Positions 10,188 to 18,998 of a DNA stretch of 64,000 nucleotides are shown in pieces. Positions within the stretch are counted from its first letter, which is position 1; every line of letters begins with the position of its first letter. The notes beneath the pieces are model-generated. The model was not told the origin of the DNA. It ran no database searches and saw only the letters and a program-made list of their open reading frames with translations. The stretch is taken from assembly GCA_963663275.1 (NCBI GenBank), contig OY760183.1:864001-928000 (forward strand). The letters are read 5' to 3'. The stretch is from Chloroflexota bacterium. GTDB taxonomy: Bacteria > Chloroflexota > UBA11872 > VXOZ01. The position numbers were made by a program, and so were the translations under genes.

Positions 10188-11102
10188 CTAGGCTTCCATT
10201 TCCAGCAGCACCCAGTCGCCCGCCTGTTGGCGGCGGCGCAGGGCGAAGCCGGCCGCGTCCAGGGCGGCCAGCGTTTCAGCGGCTTTATCTTCGATGATGC
10301 CACAGGCCAGCAGGCGTCCGCGCGGCGCGACCACGGCCCGCAGCAACGGCGCCAGCGTGATGAGCGTCTGGGCGGTGATGTTGGCCAGCGCCACGTCGTA
10401 GCGCGCGGAGGCGTCCGCCAGCGGCAGCGTGCGCTCCATCACGGTGACGATTTCGGCCAGTCCCGCTTGCGCCGCGTTATCGCGCGCGGCGGCTACAGCG
10501 ACGGAATCCGTGTCGATCGCATCCACCCGCGCCGCGCCGAGCATGGCCGCGCCGATGGCCAGGATGCCGGAGCCGGTACCCACGTCGAGCACTTTTTTTC
10601 CTGCAATTGGCGACTTTTCCAGCGCCTCCAGGCAAAGTTGGGTAGTGGGGTGCGTGCCGGTGCCAAAGGCCATGCCCGGATCCAGCGCGATCACGATCTC
10701 GTGCGGTTGCGGCTCGTATTCCTGCCAGCGCGGTTTGACCACCAGGCGCTCGCCCACGTGGAGCACGGTATAGAATTGCTTCCAGGCGTTGGCCCAGTCC
10801 TCTTCCGCCACCCAGCGCGTTTGCAGTTCACCGACCAGGTCGCCGTGAAAGGCGTGCAGGTGCCAGAGGTCGCGTTCCAGGCCGCCGCGCCGGGAAGAGA
10901 GCGCGCCGGTATCGGGCAGATAGCTGGTCAGTGTCAGCCAGTCCCCCACCGGCCGCGGGTCGTGGTCCACGGTTTCCTGGGCGTGCTCCTGGAAGAGCGC
11001 CACGCCGCCCTCACCCCATTTGTGCAGCAGCGCCGCCACCGTCTCCGCCGCTTCCTGGTGCGCCCGCACGGAGAGTTCCAGCCAGCGTTTCGGCGCGCTC
11101 AT
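10188..11102 (-). CDS. prmA: 50S ribosomal protein L11 methyltransferase
   Basis: EEDWANAWK, DPGMAFGTGTHPTT, LDVGTGSGILAI. Confidence 0.95.
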   Translation of the reverse strand: MSAPKRWLELSVRAHQEAAETVAALLHKWGEGGVALFQEHAQETVDHDPRPVGDWLTLTSYLPDTGALSSRRGGLERDLWHLHAFHGDLVGELQTRWVAEEDWANAWKQFYTVLHVGERLVVKPRWQEYEPQPHEIVIALDPGMAFGTGTHPTTQLCLEALEKSPIAGKKVLDVGTGSGILAIGAAMLGAARVDAIDTDSVAVAAARDNAAQAGLAEIVTVMERTLPLADASARYDVALANITAQTLITLAPLLRAVVAPRGRLLACGIIEDKAAETLAALDAAGFALRRRQQAGDWVLLEMEA

Positions 11103-11369
11103 GCCGCTTGCCCGTTTCCTGCCGCCGCGCCGGGCCGGAGAGAGGCTGGGACGACGTGCCCCGCGCCGGTCAGCGTAGGCCGCCATACTGCGTTCTCAAT
11201 CCGCCTCCGCGCGGCCTCCCGCCGAGAGAATGGGACAATGCGGCCCCAAGGGAACGAGCGCGTCTTTGCGCGCCGTACCAAAGGCGGTTCGCTCATTGTC
11301 AAGTGCTTAGAGCAGCGCAAGCGCCGGTTCGACCTCTCATTGAATAGGCATACTTTGACCGGACACCTT

Positions 11370-11399
11370 TTGACCACGCGTCTTGCAGTTGGCTATACT
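11370..11399 (+). promoter_or_regulatory. Putative sigma70 promoter of the Cache-protein gene
   Basis: TTGACC-N18-TATACT. Confidence 0.5.
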
Positions 11400-11442
11400 A
11401 CTGGCAATGTTTCCGGGCAGCGATCTAAAGGGAGAGTAAAAG

Positions 11443-13074
11443 GTGCGCATTAGACAATACTCTACACGAGCGCGGGCGATTCTACTATCCTTAGCCTTTG
11501 CCGCGCTCGCAATCCTGGCAACCGCCTGCGGCGGCCCCACGGCAGTGGACGAAGACGCGATCACGGAGGCGTACGTAGAGAAAGCCTTGAAGCTCTATGC
11601 CGATGAGGGCCTGGATGCGGTGGTCTCCTATTACAGCAGCCAGGATAGCATAGAGGACGAGCGCTACCTGGTGGTAGTAGATGCGGATACCTACGTCGCG
11701 CTGGCGTTGCCCTTTACCGAAGTGATAGGCGGCGTTCTTGAATTCTTGGCCCCGGGCGGGCCTTTCCATGGCGAAGTGGCCAAGATCACGGCGGAAGGCC
11801 ACTGGTTCGAAGCCCTCGCCATCAATCCCATCACGCTCCAGCAGGAACCGGCCCGTTATTTCGCTGTCCCGCGCGACGGGCTGCTATTCGTGTCGGCCCA
11901 CTTCACTCTGATAGAGAACGTCGAAGTCGCCACGAGGGAATACGTCGCCAGGGCGATAACCCGCTACGAGAACGACGGCAAGGACGCAACGGTCGCGCAT
12001 TACAACAGCCGCGACAGCATGGACGGCCAGTTCTACCTATTCATGGTGGACGAAAACGACCTGTACGTGGTTCATCCCATCTTCCCCGGCCTGATTGGCA
12101 CGGACATCAAGGACGTGGTGGCGACGGACGGGTATGAGTTGGGCAAGGAGATTGCGCGTGCGACCGAGGAAGGCCTGTGGGTGAAATACCTCTGGCCCAA
12201 TCCGCTTACCGGCAGGGAAGAATCCAAGGTTACGTGGGCGGTGCGGCACGACGGCAAGATCTTCGCGTCGGGTTACTACACCGGGGTCGAAGATACCACC
12301 GAACTGCCCTGGACGAATGCGGATCCCCAGGACTATACCAAGGATTACGTGGACAGGGCCATAGAGCGATACCGGCGCGACGGCCTGGAGTCATTCAAGG
12401 CCTACTACAATAGCGTCGCGAGTTTCGAAGGTCAATGGTACCTTTTCGTGATGGATGCGAACGACGATTACATCGTTCACCCCGTCTTCCCCAGCCTGAT
12501 TGGAACCGACGTCAAGGACGTGGTGGGTTCCGACGGCTATCGCCTGGGTGAGGAAATCGCCAAGGCTACCGCAGAAGGCATTTGGCTGGAGTACCTGTGG
12601 CCCCATCCGATTACGATGGATGATGCTACCAAGGTGGCGTACGCCGTGCGGCACGACGACATGATCTTCGCGTCGGGCTACTACATCAACCAGGACGATG
12701 CCCCCGAGTACACCAAAGAGTACGTGCGCGAGGCGATTGAGCGGTACGAGCGGGACGGCCTGGAAGCTATGGTGGCGTACTACAACAGCCGGGAAAGCCA
12801 CGTCGAACAATGGTTCCTGACCGTAATCGGGAGAGATGAGACCTTCATCGTTCACGGTTTATTCCCCAATCTGATTGGAACCAAGGCCGAGGACTTCGTG
12901 GACACCGAAGGCAAACAGGTGGGCGCGGAAACCATGAAGGCGACGGAGGAAGGAATCTGGGTCCAGTCCCTGACCCGCAGCGTCACGGGCTCGGGCTCGA
13001 GCAAGATCCACATCTGGGCCGTTCGCCACGATGGGATGGTCTTCATGTCGCTCTACTACGACGCGCCCGAGTAG
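11443..13074 (+). CDS. Lipoprotein with four tandem single-Cache-like domains
   Basis: Lipobox LATAC; four repeats of YVxxAIxRY..G..YYN..YLFV..HP..G..G.W..Y.W..AVRHD..FASGYY. Confidence 0.75.
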   Translation: MRIRQYSTRARAILLSLAFAALAILATACGGPTAVDEDAITEAYVEKALKLYADEGLDAVVSYYSSQDSIEDERYLVVVDADTYVALALPFTEVIGGVLEFLAPGGPFHGEVAKITAEGHWFEALAINPITLQQEPARYFAVPRDGLLFVSAHFTLIENVEVATREYVARAITRYENDGKDATVAHYNSRDSMDGQFYLFMVDENDLYVVHPIFPGLIGTDIKDVVATDGYELGKEIARATEEGLWVKYLWPNPLTGREESKVTWAVRHDGKIFASGYYTGVEDTTELPWTNADPQDYTKDYVDRAIERYRRDGLESFKAYYNSVASFEGQWYLFVMDANDDYIVHPVFPSLIGTDVKDVVGSDGYRLGEEIAKATAEGIWLEYLWPHPITMDDATKVAYAVRHDDMIFASGYYINQDDAPEYTKEYVREAIERYERDGLEAMVAYYNSRESHVEQWFLTVIGRDETFIVHGLFPNLIGTKAEDFVDTEGKQVGAETMKATEEGIWVQSLTRSVTGSGSSKIHIWAVRHDGMVFMSLYYDAPE

Positions 13075-13370
13075 GCGCGCGGGGGGCGGCGGCAAGCGGG
13101 CCTGGGGGGTACCGTCTCCCGCCCGGGCGGCGGTAACGCCCGCGGCGGTTACGACGTAGGAAGAGTGTGCGCGGCGCTGTGCCGGCGGTGAACAGTCGTC
13201 ATCCCGGCACGGCGCCGCGCCGTCTTGCGGACGGGTTGCGCTCGGCCCTGGGCGCGCTGGACTCCGCCGCGTGACCGGCGCGGGGGCCTGATGCGCGCGT
13301 GACGAAGTCCACGCCGCCAGCGGTTAGTCGCTCTTTTGAGTACCATAGATTACTTGGAACTGAAGTTGGC

Positions 13371-13916
13371 CTACAGATTCTGGCGCAGACTTCTAAACGC
13401 ATCGGAGAGACTACCGCCATAATGATGCAACCAAGCCTCGGGCGAATTGGGATTGACACTTAGCCAGAACGTATCGCTTCCCTCACTACCTCCGTGCTGT
13501 GGCCGATGGCCAATAACGTATTGCTCGAGAGTGAGTTTCGGGATAGCCCAACAATGCGCTTCGAATGGAGAAAGTCCAAGGCAGATTGCAAGTTCATAGT
13601 CTTGATCTCGGAACTGTTGAAACTTATAAATGCCACTCTTCCATAGACTGGAGAACTTTATCTCCACCCTCTTTCCCTCTATGATGCGATCAGCTTCTAC
13701 GTCAGGGCTCCTGACAACATTCAAATCTCTCGCAGCGCACCATCCAGCTACTAGCTGCTCTCCAATTTTCCCTCTTTGTCGTGAGGGTTTTTCCTTAATC
13801 CAACCAAAGGGGCTTCTTTGCCAAGCTTCTTCCAAAGGATCTAGGTATTCATCACGCAGACACCCCGCAATCGAAGCAAGCAGCTTTACATCTGGATCGT
13901 CAATTTCCTGCTGCAT
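13371..13916 (-). CDS. Putative type II restriction endonuclease (PD-(D/E)XK)
   Basis: GKIGE...ADRIIEGKRVEIK motif; 8 bp downstream of the MTase; low GC. Confidence 0.65.
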   Translation of the reverse strand: MQQEIDDPDVKLLASIAGCLRDEYLDPLEEAWQRSPFGWIKEKPSRQRGKIGEQLVAGWCAARDLNVVRSPDVEADRIIEGKRVEIKFSSLWKSGIYKFQQFRDQDYELAICLGLSPFEAHCWAIPKLTLEQYVIGHRPQHGGSEGSDTFWLSVNPNSPEAWLHHYGGSLSDAFRSLRQNL

Positions 13917-13924
13917 TCAATTAC

Positions 13925-14821
13925 CTATCCTTGTGAAGCGTGAAAGTCAAAGAGTGAGGGCTCTCTAGGTTGAACAATGTCTGGATCTGGATCAAAGTTC
14001 ACGAAATCTACTTTGCAGTTTGATAGCCGCTTTGCCATAGTCTCTATGGCTTCCGGATTACTGTCGACCAGCACGAAAGAGCGACCGCATTCCTGAGCTG
14101 CCATTCCTGTCGTGCCACTCCCGGCAAAGAAATCCAGCACCCTATCTCCAGGACGCGACGAAGCACGAACAATACGCCGTAGTATACCCAACGGCTTTTG
14201 GGTGGGATAACCCGTACGCTCCCTGCTGTTGGTGGGCACAATTGTGTGCCACCACACGTCAGTAGGGAGCTTGCCACGTGCTGCTTTTTCAGGGCCAACT
14301 AAACCAGGAGCCAAGTATGGTACACGGTCAATGTCGTCAACATTGAAGACATAGTCATCGGGATTCTTCACATAAACGAGGATATTGTCATGCTTTGGCG
14401 GCCACTTGCGCTTTGTTCGGAATCCGTAGTCGTACGCCCAAATAACCTCGTTAAGGAATCGCTCCCTACCAAAAATTTGATCCAACAGCACTTTGCAGTA
14501 GTGGACTTCTCGATAATCAATGTGAAAATAGAACGTGCCGTTGGGTGCAAGCAATCGAAAGCCTTCACGCAAGCGCGGTTCTAAGAATTCTAGGTAGTCG
14601 TCAAAGGCGTCCTGGTATGAACGGCTACCAACTTTCTCAGTTCGGTAACGCTTTCCCTTGAATCCTACACGATCTCCAGCGTCATCTGAGATAGTGCGCA
14701 GTCGGGTATAGGTCCGCTCTTTTCCCGTGTTGAAAGGTGGGTCGATATAAATCAGAGGGAAGGATTCATCCGGGAAATCTTTGAGAATGGGGAGGTTGTC
14801 ACCGAACCAGACCTGGTTCAT
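13925..14821 (-). CDS. Site-specific DNA methyltransferase (N6/N4, beta class)
   Basis: IYIDPPF precedes YPTQKP and LDFFAGSGTT. Confidence 0.92.
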   Translation of the reverse strand: MNQVWFGDNLPILKDFPDESFPLIYIDPPFNTGKERTYTRLRTISDDAGDRVGFKGKRYRTEKVGSRSYQDAFDDYLEFLEPRLREGFRLLAPNGTFYFHIDYREVHYCKVLLDQIFGRERFLNEVIWAYDYGFRTKRKWPPKHDNILVYVKNPDDYVFNVDDIDRVPYLAPGLVGPEKAARGKLPTDVWWHTIVPTNSRERTGYPTQKPLGILRRIVRASSRPGDRVLDFFAGSGTTGMAAQECGRSFVLVDSNPEAIETMAKRLSNCKVDFVNFDPDPDIVQPREPSLFDFHASQG

Positions 14822-15942
14822 CCCAGCGCGTCCTTCATCTTATCGAAGAAGCCCTTGTCGTCGTGCGGGTTGGCGGCGTTGCCGAACGTGCGGGAAAGCT
14901 CGCGGAGCAGTTCCTTCTGTTCGGCGGTGAGGCGTTTGGGCACCTCCACCTGCACGTGGACGTGCTGGTCGCCCCGGCCGCCGCCGTTCAGGTGCGGCAC
15001 GCCGCGCCGCCGCAGGGTGAAAACCGAGCCGGACTGGGTGCCGGGCGGAATTTCCAGGCTTTCGTTGCCTTCCAGCGTGGGCACCTGCACGGAGTCGCCC
15101 AGCGCGGCCTGGGCGAAGTTCACGCGGTAGTCCAGGTGGATGTCGTCGTCTTCCCGTTGGAAGCGCTCGTCGGGCCGCACCGTGATGAAGACGTAGAGGT
15201 CGCCGCGCGGGCCGCCCCGGGGGCCGGCTTCACCCTGGCCGCCCAGCCGGATGCGCAGTCCCGTATCCACGCCGGCCGGCACCTTGACCGTAATGGTGCG
15301 TTGCTGCTTGGTGCGCCCGCTGCCCACGCACGCGCCGCAGCGCACGGTGGGCACGCGGCCCTGGCCGCCGCAGCGCGAGCAGGTGGCCACGGTGGTGAAC
15401 TGCCCAAAGAGGTTCGACTGCATGCGGCGCACCTGGCCCTGCCCTTTGCAGGAGGGGCACGTGCTGATCTTGCTGCCGGGCTCGGCGCCGCTGCCCGAAC
15501 ACGCCGCGCAGGATTCGAGCCGCGAGACCTCGATGTCCTTCTCCGCGCCAAAGACGGCCTCCGCGAACTCCAGCGTCAGGTCCAGGCGCAGGTCGGCGCC
15601 GGCTTCCGGGCCGGAGCGGGCGGAAGGGCGCGCGCCGGCGCCAAAGAAGGCGTCGAAGATGTCGCCGATGCCTCCCATGTCCGCCGGGTCCACGCCCCGG
15701 GGCATGCCGCCGGCGCCGCGCCCGTTGCTGTGGCCGAAGAGGTCGTACGCCCGCCGCTTCTGCGGATCGCGCAGGGTCTCGTACGCCTCGTTGATCTCCT
15801 TGAACCGCGTCTCGGCGTCCGGCTCTTTGTTCACGTCCGGGTGGTACTGCCGGGCGAGTTTGCGAAAGGCCTGCTTGATCTCCGCTTCCGAGGCGTTGCG
15901 GTTCACGCCCAGCGTGTCGTAATAATCGGCTTTGGTGCTCAT
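14818..15942 (-). CDS. dnaJ: Chaperone DnaJ
   Basis: J domain with HPD and four CxxCxGxG zinc-finger repeats. Confidence 0.97.
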   Translation of the reverse strand: MSTKADYYDTLGVNRNASEAEIKQAFRKLARQYHPDVNKEPDAETRFKEINEAYETLRDPQKRRAYDLFGHSNGRGAGGMPRGVDPADMGGIGDIFDAFFGAGARPSARSGPEAGADLRLDLTLEFAEAVFGAEKDIEVSRLESCAACSGSGAEPGSKISTCPSCKGQGQVRRMQSNLFGQFTTVATCSRCGGQGRVPTVRCGACVGSGRTKQQRTITVKVPAGVDTGLRIRLGGQGEAGPRGGPRGDLYVFITVRPDERFQREDDDIHLDYRVNFAQAALGDSVQVPTLEGNESLEIPPGTQSGSVFTLRRRGVPHLNGGGRGDQHVHVQVEVPKRLTAEQKELLRELSRTFGNAANPHDDKGFFDKMKDALG

Positions 15943-15968
15943 TAGGTTCCTGATTCGCTCGCTTGGGC

Positions 15969-16712
15969 TTATCCTTGCGCGCTGCCGGCGGCGGATTGCG
16001 GCCCGGAATCCGGGGTCGAGTTTTGCGCGCCGGAATCGGCAACTTCCTGCTCGTCGGCGGTCTCATCAGTCTGCGGGGGCGGGCCGACCTTGACCAGGCT
16101 GGGGCGCAGCACCCGGTCGTGCATCACGTACCCCTTCTGGAGTTCCTCAAGCACCACCACCTCGCCGCCGTCGTCCTCGCCCTCGCGCAGCACGGCTTCA
16201 TGATAGTTGGGGTCGAACGGTTTTTCGTGAGTGTCAATCGGCTGCAAGCCCCGTTTCTCCAGCACGTTGCGCGCCATCTGGTGCACCAGGTCGACGCCTT
16301 GCAGCCACGAGAAGAAGCGGAGTTCTTGCGGGATGGTGTCCAACGCGCGCTCGAAGTTATCGAGAATGGGCAGAAACTCGGCCACCATCAGGGCGGTGGC
16401 GAACTTGGCCTGCTCTTCCTGCTCTTGCTGCGTGCGCCGCCGGTAGTTGGCAAAGTCGGCCCGGGCGCGGGCCAGAGCTTCACGCACCTGCTGGAGATCG
16501 TCTTCTTTCGCCGCCAGCGCCTCATTGGCGGCGGTCACTTCCGCCTGAAGTTCGTCTACCGCGCGCTCCGCGGCAACTGCGGCGTCCGCCGGGGCCTCGC
16601 CGTCCGCGGCGGCTTCAGTTTGGCCCCCGCCGGCTTCAGCCTGGCCCCCGCCGCCGGGCTCTTCTTCATTGGTTGCGTTCGATTCGGTTCCACTAGCCTT
16701 ATCCGGTGTCAT
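15969..16712 (-). CDS. grpE: Nucleotide exchange factor GrpE
   Basis: ADFANYRRR, LPILDNFERAL, FDPNYHEA, QKGY...RVLRPSLV. Confidence 0.95.
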   Translation of the reverse strand: MTPDKASGTESNATNEEEPGGGGQAEAGGGQTEAAADGEAPADAAVAAERAVDELQAEVTAANEALAAKEDDLQQVREALARARADFANYRRRTQQEQEEQAKFATALMVAEFLPILDNFERALDTIPQELRFFSWLQGVDLVHQMARNVLEKRGLQPIDTHEKPFDPNYHEAVLREGEDDGGEVVVLEELQKGYVMHDRVLRPSLVKVGPPPQTDETADEQEVADSGAQNSTPDSGPQSAAGSAQG

Positions 16713-16869
16713 CGATCCTAATCCTGCCAACGTGCAACGTGCCATGGGTACAAGTGGGCGAGTACGCGCCACCTTCCTAGTATACTCAATATGACACATT
16801 CGCGGAGAGGCCGCCATTGGAGCGGCGCAGTGCGCCAAGAACACACGCAGCTTGATCGGAGGAATTGCA

Positions 16870-17925
16870 ATGTCAGCATCGAGCACACCCGCGCGGTATG
16901 CGCCGTTGCCGCACTTGCGGGAGGTATATGCGGAGACCGTGCCCGCGCATGACTATAGCGCCATGGGGCAGGCCGGTTTTGGGCAGTGGCAAGCTGAACT
17001 ACGGGCGCAGGTGGCTACTCTGCTCGGCGGCTTCAGCGCACCGCGTGAAGACCTCGCGCCGCGAGTGCTTGAGACCGTGCGCAAAGACGGCTACGAGCAG
17101 CGGAAAGTGGAGATTACGAGCGAGCCCGGCGTGCGCCTGCCGGTGTACGTGCTGACGCCGCAAAGCGGGCCCGGCCCCTTTCCCATGGTGATTGCGCTGC
17201 ACGGCCACGGCTCAGGGGTGCAGGAGGTGATCGGCGAGCCACAAGACGAGCAGGTGGCGGCGCACATGCGGCGCTGCAACCACGACTACGGCCGCCAGCT
17301 TGCGCGGCAGGGCTTTCTGGTGTTCGCGCTGGAGCAGCGCGCCTTTGGCGAGCGCCGCGAGCCGGAGGACGTTGCCCAAGCGCCGGGGCAGTCCTCCTGC
17401 CGACAGGCCAGCATGAACGCGCTGCTGCTGGGCCGCACCATGGTCGGCATGAGGGTGTGGGACGTGATGCGCGTGATCGACTACGCCGCCCAGTACGCTG
17501 ATGAGACTGGTCTGGACAAGACCGCTACGCTGGGGTGCGTGGGCCTCTCCGGCGGCGGTACGGTGACGACGTTTGCCGCGGCCCTGGACCCGCGCATTAC
17601 CACGGCGGTGATCAGCGGCTACTTCTGCACGTGGCAGTGGTCGATCATGGCGATGCGCCACTGCGAGGACAACTACGTGCCAGGCATTCTGCGGCACGCG
17701 GAGATGGCCGATATTGGCGCGCTGATCGCGCCCCGGCCGCTGCTGATCGAGGCGGGTACGGAAGACCCGATCTTCCCGCTGCCGGGGGTGCGCGACGCCC
17801 ATGAGAAACTGGCGGCGGTCTACGACCTGCTGGATGCGCCGGAACGGCTGGCGCTGGATGTCTTCGCGGGCGAACACCAGTGGCACGGCACGCTGTCGGT
17901 GGATTGGCTGCGGCGTTGGTTGTAA
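16870..17925 (+). CDS. Alpha/beta hydrolase (dienelactone hydrolase-like)
   Basis: ALHGHG, GLSGGG nucleophile elbow, APRPLL, GEH. Confidence 0.85.
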   Translation: MSASSTPARYAPLPHLREVYAETVPAHDYSAMGQAGFGQWQAELRAQVATLLGGFSAPREDLAPRVLETVRKDGYEQRKVEITSEPGVRLPVYVLTPQSGPGPFPMVIALHGHGSGVQEVIGEPQDEQVAAHMRRCNHDYGRQLARQGFLVFALEQRAFGERREPEDVAQAPGQSSCRQASMNALLLGRTMVGMRVWDVMRVIDYAAQYADETGLDKTATLGCVGLSGGGTVTTFAAALDPRITTAVISGYFCTWQWSIMAMRHCEDNYVPGILRHAEMADIGALIAPRPLLIEAGTEDPIFPLPGVRDAHEKLAAVYDLLDAPERLALDVFAGEHQWHGTLSVDWLRRWL

Positions 17926-18062
17926 GGGCGCGGCGGAGATGCGCGCCAGGATAATCCGGTAGCGCAGGTTTGTAACCTGCGTCCGTCGCCGTTATGTTGG
18001 CGGGAGAGGCGGCGCAGAGGCGGGGGACAAGCCCCCGCGCTACGGTGATGGGGTAGCCCCCC

Positions 18063-18165
18063 GTAGGGGCACGACATGTCGTGCCCCTACGGGGTTGTCG
18101 TGCTCCTACGGGTTTTGTCGTGCCTCTGCGTGGGTTTGTTGTGCCCCTACGAGGTTTGTTGTGCT
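18063..18165. repeat. GTAG-type REP palindrome followed by decaying 19-21 bp copies of its right arm
   Basis: GTAGGGGCACGACATGTCGTGCCCCTAC, then TGTCGTGCTCCTAC, TGTCGTGCCTCTGC, TGTTGTGCCCCTAC, TGTTGTGC. Confidence 0.8.
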
Positions 18166-18170
18166 TGCCG

Positions 18171-18998
18171 CTAGCGGTGTTCGGTCGCTTCCGGCGCGGC
18201 GAGTTCCTGCGAACGGCGGTAGGCGGCCATCACCGCCTCTTGCAGCGCCGCGCGCGCGCCGCCTTGTTCCAGCGCCTGCAAGCCTTCCGCCGTGGTGCCG
18301 CCCGGCGAGGTGACCAGATTGCGGAGTTCCGCCAGGTGCGTACCCTCTTTCTCGGCCATGAGCGCGGACCCTTTGACCGTTTGCAGGATGAGGGCGCTTG
18401 CCGTCTCGCGGGGCAGGCCGACGCGCACGGCGCCGTCGATGAGCGCCTCCAGCGCCAGGAACACGAACGCGGGACCGCTGCCGTTCACCGCGGTCGCCAT
18501 GTCCAGGTAGCGCTCGTCCGGCACGTAGAGTTCGATGCCTGCCGCCTGGAAAAGCGTTTCCGCCTGGACGCGTTGCGCCGCCGTAATCACGTCGGAGGCT
18601 GTCCACACGGTCGCGGCTTCGCCGATGGTGGCCAGGATGCTCGGCATGGCGCGCACCAGGCGCACGTGGTCCAGGAGAGAGCTAATGGTGCCCAGCGGCA
18701 CGCCGGCCATGAGCGAAATCACAAGCGCGTCCTCGGACAACGCGGCGTACAGGGGCGGCAGCGCGGCTTGCGCGTACTGCGGTTTGACGGCCAGGATGAT
18801 CACGTCGGCGTCGGCGACCACCGCGGCATTGTCCCCGTCCACGCTCACGCCGTGGGTGCTTGCCAGATGTTCCCGGCGGCTCGCCACCGGCTCACCGACC
18901 GCGATCGCGTCGGGGCGGCACGCGCCCTGGGCGATGGCGGCGGCCATGAACGCCTCGCCCATCGCGCCGCCGCCGACGAATGCCAGCTTTCCAATCAT
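18171..18998 (-). CDS. proC: Pyrroline-5-carboxylate reductase
   Basis: GGGAMG, LAVKPQ, RAMP, GSGPAF, VTSPGGTT. Confidence 0.95.
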   Translation of the reverse strand: MIGKLAFVGGGAMGEAFMAAAIAQGACRPDAIAVGEPVASRREHLASTHGVSVDGDNAAVVADADVIILAVKPQYAQAALPPLYAALSEDALVISLMAGVPLGTISSLLDHVRLVRAMPSILATIGEAATVWTASDVITAAQRVQAETLFQAAGIELYVPDERYLDMATAVNGSGPAFVFLALEALIDGAVRVGLPRETASALILQTVKGSALMAEKEGTHLAELRNLVTSPGGTTAEGLQALEQGGARAALQEAVMAAYRRSQELAAPEATEHR

